A stretch of 64,000 nt of DNA from Pelagomonas calceolata (lineage: Eukaryota). Below are positions 8,501 through 19,335 of the stretch, piece by piece. Location of the stretch: assembly GCA_918797485.1 (NCBI GenBank), contig CAKKNE010000006.1, positions 3,100,001 to 3,164,000 of the forward strand. Reading direction: 5' to 3'. Made by a program: the position numbers and the translations under genes. Within the stretch, counting starts at the first letter, position 1. Every line of letters starts with the position of its first letter. Below the pieces are notes generated by a model. That model was given only the letters and a program-made list of their open reading frames with translations. It was not told where the DNA came from and ran no database searches.

Positions 8501-11500
8501 ATGGAGACGCAGGAGACCCAGGAGGCCGCGGCCCCGCCTCCGCCGCCAGTAAAGATGGAAGTTGAGGCGCCGCCGGCCGCGAGTGCTCCTCCGGCGCCGG
8601 CGACGACCCCCGCGACGCCCAGCGAGCCCGGCGCAGCGCCGCCGACGCCGGGCCCGCCTTTGAAATACCCGCCGGGCTACGGCCCGCCGCCGACGCCGCC
8701 GACGGGCGACGAAGAGAGACACTGGGTTTCAGGGGTGGGTTGGAAGCCCGGCCCCGCGCCGCCCGCCGATTCTTCTAGAGCCGACAACGCGAAACGAGAC
8801 CTGAAGGGCACGCGGGCCTCGTCGCGCGTGCGGCGCGAGTCGGGCCGCTTCGCGGACTTACAAGAAGACGCCCCGAAAAAGAAGAAGAAGAAGAAGGGCG
8901 CGAACCAGTACACGAAGGCGAAAGAACGCGGCGACGCCCCGCCCTCGAAGAAGCAGAAGAAATCCAAAGAACCTAAAAGGATTGCGGAGACGACGACGTC
9001 CGAAGGTCAAACGGGGGCCATTGTAGAAATGTCCCAGAAGGACGCGGCCATGACGTCGCAACGACGGTTGCGAGCGACCTTGGTCGAGCCGCCCTACGAC
9101 CTGGAGTTGGTTCCGGACGCGAAGAGAGATCTGAGCGGTTCGGCACTGAGGCGCGTCGAAGGTACCGCGGAATGGGAGAAATTGCTCGCGGAGGCCATGC
9201 TTTTATGTAATGAAGCGGCCTGGAGGAGATTAGGAAAAGATAGAGGCGGCTCGCAGACCAACCAACGCACTGAATTGTCACCACCGGACGCGAAACCGCT
9301 CATGCTCGAATACATCTCGGACCGCATCGACACGGACGAGCCGCTCTGGGGCTACGCCGTGCGCACGCAGCGCGAGGCCTGGCTGCAGGGCTTCGTGTGT
9401 GTCACGCAGTTCACGACGTGGTGCCCGTCCGTGTGGACATCAAATTTCGGGCGCCCCACGCCATCGACGCGATGTTGTCTCCGTAGCTGCGCCTGCTCGA
9501 TGGCGTGACGATTCCACGCCATCGACGTGACGTCGTCCCCGCGACTGTGGCTGCTCGATGGCGTGGAGGTCCACGAAGAACTCACCGGTCGACGTCCGCG
9601 CAGGTGTCCCTACTTCCGCTGGACCGCTGCTGCTCCCGCGGCTGCGGTGACGTTAGACGACTACAAGACGCATGCGGTGGACGGGGAGGGCCCTGGGTCT
9701 GAAGGAGGCTCATTATGTCGCGAGTTGCAAGCATCTAGAAGATTTGGCGACTGCGATGGCGAAGGGGTGGTGTGGCCGCGCATCGCCGAAGTTTCTCTGT
9801 TAGGTGGTTTAGGTACTGGGAGAACCTTGATGGACACCGTGATAGCCGAGGTGGCGGACCGCGGCGACGCGGACTTTGTGGTGTTGCAGGCCACAGATCA
9901 AGCAGTACCTTTCTACGAGCGTTTGGGGTTCAGTAAAGTGGGCGCGGTCGCCTCCTTCGAGGAGAAGGGCAAGTCCTTGCCGAGAGAAGCGATGTGCGGT
10001 CTGAACGCGTCGTGTGAGCAGCTCGATAATGACGGCTTCACGCCCGGGGAGAGGGCTCGCGCGCGCTTGTCCACGGAATCACTCAAGGCGGCGGAAGGAC
10101 GACCGCTCAAGCTCAGAGACGGCGCCTGGTGCTTCGTCTGCAAGGAGGACGACACGGTGACGTCGGTCTGCGACTTGCTGAAATTACCTGATGCGGCAAA
10201 ACACGAGGTCAGTGACTCAGCGTGATTTCCGAACTTTTCCGAACTTCAAGGTCGCGTCGATGCCACGTCGCCTCGACGCCGTCGACGCGGCCGTCAGAGA
10301 GTCTACGCGTCTCGCGCGGGAGCCGCGGCCGCGTCGCGACGCCGTCGTTCGACACAGGTCGTAACCGCCAATAAGAGCTCTCTGTCGGGCCTGACCCAGA
10401 AGAGTCGGGTCATGGCGTCGACGATCATGGCCCTGCCGGCGGCCTATGCCGAGCAACTCGCAAAGTGTTCTCTAGCGGTCGACGAGCAGACGCTGGAAGG
10501 ATGTAACGGCTCGCTGACGACGACGGACGTCAAGGACTTGCGGGATAGTCCTCAGAAACCACCGACGCCGCCGCCGAAGCCTACATTAGGTGCGCGCTTG
10601 TACTGGGCCCGGAGACTCGCGAGGGCGGCGTTACGGTCGATACAAGCCCTCGACGAGTACCGCGTCTTCTGGGAACCTGTCAGCAGTGACATCGTGCCCC
10701 ACTACCGGTCGTGGGTCGCGTTTCCTTTAGATTTCACGACTATTCGGAAGAGGTTAGTTGATGGGGCCTCACCTTTGGAGTTGCGAGATGCCTACCTCCC
10801 CGAAGATCTCAGTATAGATCTCAAGTTAATCTGGCGGAATTGCGCCCATTTCAACGGCGAAGATTCTTGGTTAGCGTCATACGCAAGAAAGGTCGGCAAG
10901 CAGGCCCAAGACATCTTAGATCGGTTCGCCCGGACGCACGCGCATCTCCACAACCTGCGGGAGGAGCTCCAGAAGGACGACTGGGACCTGGACGAGGAGA
11001 CGCGGAACTTCCACAAGGTCAGTGACAGCGTCTGACCTTCGCGTCGATGGCGTCTTCATGAGACCACGCCGCCGCGGCGCCGTCGACGCGGCCGTCAGAG
11101 CATCTGTCCCACGCAGGCCGCCGAGACCGACCCCTCGTGCATGGGCTACGTGCACTGGACCTTCCCCGACCAGACGGTGGAGGACCAGTACCCTTCCTAC
11201 CTGATGGCGCGGCGCGTGAGGCCGCTCGGCGACGGTGTCCTGAGAACGACCGCCGACGATGCCGTGAACACTTTGAAGGGCGTCGTCGAAGCCGCCTCGT
11301 CCGCCGCGGAGAAGGCGCGACTCGCGTGTGTGCGCTGCGTCAACAAGGCCAAGAAGACCTTCGGCGAGGCGTACGAGGTTTCGTTGGAGGGGCGCCCGCC
11401 GCGCGAGCCGACGAAATACGAGATATCGTCGCAGTTCGTCGGGTCTTCTTATAGACGTAGGATGGAGGACACGGACGAAGCTTCGTTAAGACCGGCGACG

Positions 11501-12514
11501 CAGTGCGTTCCCGCACTAGTGGAGCCCGAGGATATCAATAGACCCGCTCCTTCCAACGTGACGCCGCGAGGGCGCGGCTTCACGGCCAAGCTAGCAAGAG
11601 GCGGCGCCGTGGACTATTTAGGCATATTTCCGGACCGTAGATCAGCTCAAGCCGTCTACGACAAGGCCGCGCAAGAGTGGAAGGAAAAAAACGGCAGTGA
11701 CGAAGAAACGCTGCGGCCGTTTTCCGTGCCGGACCCGCCCCTGTCAGCCTTGGGGCGGCGGGACGAGTGGTTGGCGCGGGAGTGCCCCTCTGCACCTGTT
11801 GCTCTGAGAGCGGCTCACCTCAAATCCGACACTGAACCGAATGATGCTGACAGTCTGAGGTCTAGAGTCGCCGCTTACCTCGATCAACGCGTCGCACCAC
11901 CTCCTCAAGATCCCTACCTGTCGCCTCGTAGTAGAAAGAGACCGCTCTACAACCAGGTCGTGCGCATCATCGACAAGCCGCCGTGCTACCAGGCGAAGTA
12001 TTGGTTCGTCTACCAGTACGTCCCGGACATGGAGTTCTGCCACCTGTGCCCCATGGAGACGCACGGGCTGTTTGATCGCAATACGACGCGCGAGGGGCGG
12101 CCGCGCTGGCGCTTGGTGCCCGAGGGCCAGTGTCGGGAGGTCGACGTCGGGGCTGCTCGAGTGAAATTGGTGAAGCACAAGACCGTGGGCAAGACGCCGT
12201 CGGCGGACAAGGAAGTGTGGGACGTGTTGGAGAGCGACGATGAGAACCTGCGGGAGTGCCTCGCGAAGGGGGCTGTATTTATTGCCGAGGAGTCCGACGG
12301 TGAAGAAAAAGTGGCGCCTTCCGTGGCTTTAGGTACAAAATCTAGGCCGTCGACGGGTCCGACGTACCCCTGTCCGGCCGGTTGTGGAAGGACGTTCAAC
12401 CATCCTCCTGCCGCGGCGATCCACGGCAAAACCTGCCCCGGGGCCAAGAAGGACCCGGCGCTCCCCGCGCCGCCCGCCGAGGCGCCGCCCCCCGCTGCTC
12501 CCGGCGGTGACTAA
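8501..12514 (+). CDS. Chromatin-type protein: GNAT acetyltransferase + LysM-like + bromodomain + AP2-like domain
   Basis: Four same-frame ORFs joined by GT-AG introns 9421-9603, 10208-10357 and 11018-11116. GNAT: VVLQATDQAVPFYERLGF. Bromo: VFWEPV...PLDFTTIRKRL...DLKLIWRNCAHFN. AP2: YLGIFPDRRSAQAVYDKAA. Confidence 0.8.
9421..9603 (+). mobile_element. Introner-derived intron
   Basis: Donor gtgcccgt versus downstream exon gtgtccct (6/8 TSD). TIR-like ccgtgtggacatcaa starts 8 nt after the donor. Two internal acgccatcga/tcgatggcgt hairpins. Confidence 0.75.
10208..10357 (+). other. Intron related in sequence to intron 11018-11116
   Basis: Both begin gtcagtgac and share gcgtcgatg and cgccgtcgacgcggccgtcagag; removal keeps the frame. 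Confidence 0.8.
11018..11116 (+). other. Intron related in sequence to intron 10208-10357
   Basis: GT-AG, 99 nt, contains an in-frame stop; shares sequence blocks with the preceding intron. Confidence 0.8.
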
Positions 12515-12906
12515 TGATCTCGTTCCCCTTTATTATTGACTCTTTCGCGTGGATGGCGCGTTGATGGCGTGGCTCGAGCCTCTGTCTCACGGGTTCACTG
12601 TGGCTAAGCTCCCGACCCCCGACGAGCTTGCATTTTGCGCATGGCTGCGTAGAGTTTAGGAGTGAGGTGAGAGAGACCCTTTAGGGTTCAAAGTGGTCCA
12701 CACGCGTCTAACACGACGCGTGGTTTGCCTCCAGACATCGATCAAAGTTAGCAGGCCTGCCTACTCACTGCAAAACGCGTTGACTTTGGACAACAGCCGG
12801 CGCAGACAGAGTCGCACTTATAGACTCTGCCAAGCATCACGCTATCGTCGCGGAATTGGGGCTTTTTACGTCTCGCGTCTCGACGGTCTCAGACGCCGCC
12901 GCGCCG

Positions 12907-13368
12907 ATGCCGCGACCTAAACGGTACAATGCCTCGCAAGGCACAAGCACGACAATCACGGACGACGAAGGCGAGTCGAAATCGCCCGCGAACGTGTTGT
13001 TAAAGCTCCGCGAATCCACATCGGCAGCCGACCTGAGCAAGCTCCCGGCTCCGACGCTCGACCCGTTCGGGCTCGAGCCGGATCTATCCCTACGCGTCGC
13101 GGGCTTCGCCGACGCCTTCAATGCCGCCCACGCCGAAGACTCGCTCGTGCGCTCGCTGCTGCTACAGTATTCGCGCGCGGCCGCTGCCGTCTGCGCCGAC
13201 GCCGCGGCGACGACGGAGCTGCGGCGGGACGCGGTCCTGCGTATTGTTGATCTTTTGAGGCACGACAAGCGACTCCTCCGGTCGTTCTTGGAACTGCTGC
13301 CACCGTCCCGCGTGCCGGTCGTGACGCCGAACAGCTCCCGGGACGACTCCATGTTCGGAACCGTTTGA
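12907..13368 (+). CDS. Small protein with a possible PAH (paired amphipathic helix)-like motif
   Basis: ATG at 12907; VLRIVDLLRHDKRLLRSFLELLP resembles the end of a PAH domain. Confidence 0.55.
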   Translation: MPRPKRYNASQGTSTTITDDEGESKSPANVLLKLRESTSAADLSKLPAPTLDPFGLEPDLSLRVAGFADAFNAAHAEDSLVRSLLLQYSRAAAAVCADAAATTELRRDAVLRIVDLLRHDKRLLRSFLELLPPSRVPVVTPNSSRDDSMFGTV

Positions 13369-13562
13369 TGCGGCGTCGATGGCGTGGGGGTGGACGGTTT
13401 GCAACCTCCACGCGACCGACCGGGCGGCAGCGTGGCGCGTAAAAATAACTGGCTTGTTTACAAAACAAGAGAGATGCCCCGGTTACCCCCAAACGCCATC
13501 AACGCGGCGCGTAAAGATAGATAAACAGGCTTACAAAGAGAAGTGGGGATGGGAAAAACAAT

Positions 13563-14330
13563 CTACGCGTCGACCTTTTTGTTGTACCGCAGCGTCGGCG
13601 CCGCGACGGCCGCGATGCTCTTCACCTCCAAATGAAAATCGCCCTCCGCGCCCTCGGCCCACAACTCCAGCCCCGTCAGCTCCGCCAGGTCCTTCGATGA
13701 GGGACAGTACTGCTCGAGGTCGCCTTCCCCGCAGCAGTGGTGCTGCACGCCCGTCGGATCTTTCGTGTCGCATTCGCCGGTATACGGCGACCAGTCCCAG
13801 GAGAAGTCCGTGAAGGGCACGAAGACCGTCTGCTCGCGCGCGCCACTGCTCAGCGCGAACGGGGCCTTGAACGTCCCGAAGGGCGTGTAGCGGCTCGAGC
13901 TCTTGGCGTGCTTGGTCGCGAAGGCGACCTTGAAGCCTTTGAAGGTTGGTGTCGTGGAGCGGACGACGAGCTCCAGACCTTTCGACTTGCTCACATCGGG
14001 GTATGAAGCGCGGAGGTGCGTCTTCTCGCTCTGGGCGGAGCAGAAGCCGGGAGCTTGCAGCGACGGCACGATCTTGCAGGTGCCGTTAAATACACCGGTG
14101 CCTTGGCTGATTTTGAAGGTCGCCTGGCTGAGGCCGCCCATGACCTGCGGGGACGGCGGGCGGTGAGCGGTGAGCGGTGAGCGGTGAGGGTCGCGGCGAT
14201 GGCGTACTGGTGCAACACCGCTGCTTACGGGGTCATTGGTCTCGGACCACGTTCTGCTGCCGTCAAATGTCTCCAACGTCTGCGCCGCAGCAGTGCTGAG
14301 GAGGGCTGTGGCAAGGACTAGCTTGTACAT
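13563..14330 (-). CDS. CIA30-domain protein with a signal peptide
   Basis: Leader MYKLVLATALLSTAAA. Splicing the in-frame intron 14145-14228 (gtaagc...cag, with a 7-bp tandem repeat) restores NDPVMGG. Also APGFCS, VFVPFTDF and GDFHLEVKSI. Confidence 0.85.
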   Translation of the reverse strand: MYKLVLATALLSTAAAQTLETFDGSRTWSETNDPVSSGVAPVRHRRDPHRSPLTAHRPPSPQVMGGLSQATFKISQGTGVFNGTCKIVPSLQAPGFCSAQSEKTHLRASYPDVSKSKGLELVVRSTTPTFKGFKVAFATKHAKSSSRYTPFGTFKAPFALSSGAREQTVFVPFTDFSWDWSPYTGECDTKDPTGVQHHCCGEGDLEQYCPSSKDLAELTGLELWAEGAEGDFHLEVKSIAAVAAPTLRYNKKVDA

Positions 14331-14853
14331 CTTGTGTTGTGGTGGTCGAGAGCTGCTCCAATTGGACACACTTCGAGAGTAGCAAGCACTGAGGACTGCA
14401 GAGCACGCACACTGTGCTCAATGTTATTTATGCGGTCGCTTGCGTGCAGCTGCGTCACGGCCTCTGCGAAGCGTGCGCAAAGGGTTAGAGTCGAATGACT
14501 CGTCCTCAGGCCCGGCGCAGTCGTCCATGGCAGCGTGCCGACCGGTCTGAGACCCGTCAGCTAGTGAAAAACGTACTAGTGGAGACCATTCCCGCACCAA
14601 GTCGCTTTGATTGCCGCGACGCGCGCATCGCCGCTGGGCCGCTTCAGGGCTCGCTGAGCAGCGCTGCAGTTCGCCACCGAGCGCACCGGCTGCGCGCTGC
14701 GAAACTGCGCACGTCTACGCCCGCTACGCGGTAAACAGTGGCGCCGACGCGAAAGCGCAGTTTACCTCGCGTCTGCCAGCCAGGCCGCGCCGCGCCAGCC
14801 AGAACGCCGCTGAAACAGCGCCGCAGCCACCGCGCACCACAAAACAGACGACG

Positions 14854-17800
14854 ATGAAGAAGTTCCAACCCCTAGGGGGCGGCGGCCCGCGCAAGGGCCC
14901 GCCCACGAAAAGACTGGGGACCTGCGGCCGGCCCTTGATCTTGAGTGATCAGGAACGTTTCAGAAGGGACTCCTGCAGCCAGGGCGACGGCAACGACGAC
15001 ATGGCCGTCGTACGAGCGCCTTTGGTCCCTGGTCTATTGACGACGGCGCCCGTCTCGCTCAAGGTGCGCCAGAAGTTCCGCCCTTTGGGAGTGGGCGGGC
15101 GGCGCGCCAACGAATTGCTGAAGAAGTCGTGTTTAGGGCCGCGGCGCGTGGCCCCGGGCAAGGCTTTGGTGAGCAAGTTCCTCAGTGGACGGGACTTCAC
15201 CCCCGGCGAAATTCAAGTCCCGACGGACATGGACCTGTCGCTCATGGAGGACTTGAGCGACGCGGAGGCCATGGACGAGGAGGAGCCGCCGCCGAAGTAC
15301 CGTCCGTCGGTCGGCGTCCGAAGTTCCGTCGTGGCGCCTCGCGGCGACGACGTGGCGCCCTCGCGTCGATGGCGTGGAGGTGGCGCCGTCGTCGACACCG
15401 TGACGCCGTCGATACCGCCGCGAGAGAGTCATCGTTTTGACACGCAGGCGAGCACGAACCGTTGGTCCTGTGCGAGGGCGAGGGCGACACGCCGGACATT
15501 GAAGTACCTCCACTACTATGCCAGTGGCTGCGGCCGCACCAGCGTGTATCAGCGTCGAACATCAACCCGTCTCGCGGCGATGGCGTGGAGGCGGAAATTC
15601 GAGGATGAGGCCGTCGACGCACCCGTAGTGAGAGGAGACGCGAACGTACGTCACGCAGGCGCGAGGGCGTCTCCTTCGTCTTCGAGTGCGTCCACGGCAT
15701 GAAGAAGGACCGGTACGGGGGCACCGGCGCGATTCTCGCGGACGACATGGGCCTCGGCAAGACGTTGCAGTCCATAACACTGATGTACTCGCTCCTGAAG
15801 AACAAGGATTCACAAGGAAAGCCGCTCGCGAAGCGCTGCATCGTCGTATGTCCGTGCTCCTTGGTGAAGAACTGGGAGGACGAGTTCGAGAAGTGGATCA
15901 ACTCGAAGGCCCACGACAAGAGCGAGCGCGTCGAGTGCATGGCGTTATCTGATACATCCAGAAAAACGGTCGAAGGCATGATCGACCAGTTCCTGTCGCC
16001 GGCCTGCTACTACGACGTGCTAGTCATCTCGTACGAGACCTTCCGGGCCCAGCACCAGCGCTTCGCGCGTAAAAAAGATAGCGCGGACATCATCGTCTGC
16101 GACGAGGCGCATCGTCTCAAAAACGACGAGGCCCAGACCAGTCAAGCTCTAGCATCACTAGCCTGCCGGAAACGAGTACTACTATCAGGAACGCCGATGC
16201 AGAACGACCTGGTGGAGTTCTTCGCCATGTCGAACTTCACGAACCCGGGCGGTAGTGCACGCGGCGTCCTTTTATCCGTCTTCCGATGCCGGGGGTGGTC
16301 GGAGAGCGCGGTCGCGGCGACGGCGTCTTCGCGACATGACGTCGACGCGTCCCCCGCACGCAGTCTTCGGCACCAAGGACAAGTTCACGAAGTACTACGA
16401 GGGCCCGATCCTGCGGGGCCGCGAGCCCGACGCGACGGACAAGCAGAAGAAGCTCGGCAAGGCGCGCCAGAAGGAGCTCTCCGATTTGAGCGACCACTTC
16501 ATCATCCGACGCATGAACCGGTTGAACGCCGAGCACCTACCGCCCAAGCTCACGCAAGTCGTGTGCTGCAAATTGACGCCCACCCAACAGCGCATGTACG
16601 AGCATGTAGTGAGGAAGCGGGACCGCGTCGCCGCTACCCAAGGTCATGTGAAAGATACATTAGGTGTCATCCAGCGGCTCCAGAAGATCTGCAACCATCC
16701 GTCCCTCGCGACGCAAGTCGACGCGTCGGCGTCTCGCGTCCAGCGCGACGACGCTCGAGAATTGGAGAGCTTGATGCCCGAGAACGACTTCGCGGCATCC
16801 GCGCCGCGGGGCCGAGGTGGCCGCATCGACCACAGATACGCGAGGATGGTCGATCCGGCTTTATCAGGTAAGCTACGGGTCTTGCACGCGTTGATGTCCG
16901 AGCTGCGACGGAAGGGCCGGGAGCGCATCGTCGTCGTCTCCGTCTACATGACGACTTTAGATTTAATCGAGCAGATGTGCAACCAGGAGGACTGGCCCTC
17001 GTGCAAGCTCGGCGGTTCCACTTCTACAAAGAAACGGAAGCAGTTCAACGATGAATTTAACGACCCCACGGCCAATTATTTTGCCTTTTTGTTGTCTTCC
17101 AAGGCCGGCGGGTGCGGGCTGAACTTGATCGGCGGTTCTAGACTGGTGATGTTTGATTTGGACTGGAATCCCGCGACGGACAAGCAGGCGGCCGCTAGGT
17201 GCTGGCGCGACGGCCAGCGCTACCAGTGCTACACGTACCGCTTCGTGTCGTCCGGGACCCTCGAGGAGCGGATGCTCCAGCGGCAGCTCTCGAAGGAGGG
17301 CCTCCAGAACGTCATCGAGGACAAGGACCAGGCGCGTGCCTCGGCGTCTACGCGACGCCGCGCCGCCGCGACGCCGTCGTTCGACGCAGGTCAACTCCTT
17401 CGCGACCGACGACCTCAAGAAATTATTTCTGTTCCGGCCGCACACGGCGTCGGATCTCCACGACGAGCTCCAGTGCCCCGTGTGCACGGGCAAGATAGCC
17501 GCCAAAAAAGATCGAAGCAAGAGAGGCGGCGCGAACGTGCTCTCAGCGAAAGCTGCCCAGAGGTGTCTGGAAGTGCTACAAGCTTCACTACTGAAAGATG
17601 ACGCCGACGCGAAGAAGCGGTTACTCACACCTATTCCTTCCAGTGGTGACGAATTGCATGGTCCCGTCGATAAAAAGCGCTGGACGGCGTCGAAGCCCCA
17701 CGCGGATCTTGGGAGCGTGTTTGCGAAGCTGAAACCGGACGCGCCTGGGCTCTATGGGACCATCCCGGACGTCTTGAAGGATCTTAGACGTATTAAGAGA

Positions 17801-19249
17801 ACAACAGATAAGCTCTGGCCGGATATAAATGAACACCCTACAAGACTAGCGGCCCAGAAACTTGTCCAGGAAGTCGACGCCTTGTGGGAAGGGTTGTGCG
17901 ACGAGATGTACGCCGCCAACGCGGAAAGCAAGACGACTGAGACTTGCTCAATCCTCGAACCGCAGGAGCCGGGCGACGGCTACAAGCCCCAGCAGTACCC
18001 CTTACCGAAGGAGGAAGATCTCAACAACTGGTCGCACCACGCTTCATTGGAGACCTGCGGCGACGAGGTCCTCAAGAAGGCGCTCCGAGGTCGCGACGAC
18101 GTGACGTTCGTGTTTGGCACGTACCAGCGAGGAACTCAATCTTCGAGCGCCCTTCAATTTTTGGTGTGTCGTGGTTTGCGTGAGGTGTTTCTCTCTATAC
18201 TCGGTCGCGTGGATCTCTCGGGGATCGTGTGTAACCTGACTCACTGGTTGATGTCCACACAGGCATGTACCAGGACTGGAATTTGATCCAGCAGGACACG
18301 GCGGCGCAAGCGAAGATCGAGGAGGAGCAGCGCGCTGAGAGGGAGGCGAAGGAGCGGTTGGACGCTGTGTGGCAATCAACCTGTGCGTCGGGTGCACTGA
18401 CGCGGCCGTCCTGGCTCGGTCGAGCGGCGAGGAACCGGCATCGCCGCGCCATCGAGCAGGCGTCGCGTCGATGAACGCGCCGTAAAATTTTGATTTCCAC
18501 CCAGGTTGGACGCCGAGGCGGCGCTGGCCGATGAGGATGACGAGGCTCCTGTCGTGGAAAAGAAGAAGAAGAAGAAAAAGAAGAAGCACAAGTCCGAGTC
18601 TTCTCATGACTCCGGTGCTGATGGTGACGCGGCGATGGCGCCCGTCGAGAAGAAGAAAAAAAAGAAAAAGAAGAAGAAGAAGTCCGCCGACGCCGAGGAC
18701 GCCGCCGCCGCCCTGGAGACGGCCGACGCCGACGCGGCCCTGGCGCCGGCGCACCCCGACGCTGGAGTCGTGGACACAACGCCGCCCGACGCCGTCATCA
18801 CGCAGCCGCCGCCGGCGCCCGCGCCCCGGGTCGACTCCCAGGAGGAATCGTCGCAACCGACGCCGGACTGGCCGCGGCCGGGTCAGGTGGTGGAGTGCGT
18901 CTGGACCAAGGGCACTGCTTTGTCAGATGGCGACGTCGACCGGTGCGTCGTCGAGTCGATCAGAGACCCGGTCCCTCATAAAAAACGCAAGGCCGGCGTG
19001 CCCGAGCACTTGGCGTACCAGTGCTACGCCCAGCTCAAGTCGCTGATCAAGCTCGCGGGCGACACGGACCAGCCATACGAGACCGTGCCCGAGTCCGACC
19101 CGCGGCCGAAGCATATTCATTTGAAGTACAAGCTGGACCTCGCGGACCACGGGCGGACGTGGCGCGTGCTCCCGGTGAGCAAGAAGGCCTCGCAGCGCGA
19201 GTCCGTCGGCGAGACGTTCTCGGCGATGTCGGACCTGACGAACAACTAG
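14854..19249 (+). CDS. RAD54: RAD54-like SNF2 helicase/translocase with a long C-terminal extension
   Basis: LRPHQREGV, ILADDMGLGKTLQSI, CDEAH, SGTPMQNDL, LLSSKAGGCGLNLIG, DWNPATDKQAAARCWRDGQ. Introns 15302-15447, 15542-15658 (GC), 16252-16363, 17332-17389 (GC), 18117-18262 (GC) and 18357-18504 each restore the frame. Confidence 0.85.
18117..18262 (+). mobile_element. Introner intron with a GC donor taken from the TSD
   Basis: TSD gcacgtac/gcatgtac; 3' end ggttgatgtccacacag; degenerate 5' TIR. Confidence 0.75.
18357..18504 (+). mobile_element. Introner intron (element 18365-18504)
   Basis: Perfect TSD gttggacg (18357-18364 and 18505-18512); TIRs ctgtgtggcaatcaa / ttgatttccacccag. Confidence 0.9.
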
Positions 19250-19335
19250 TATCGAGTCTATCCCCCCTCCCCCGTCGGACATAAGGTCTGTGTGATTATC
19301 CTCCCGAGGGATCGGTCATCAGGGGAGGGCCGGTC

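Noticed and set aside
18560..18682. AAG-rich tracts as non-coding microsatellites
   Set aside because: They encode in-frame poly-Lys stretches of the RAD54 tail.
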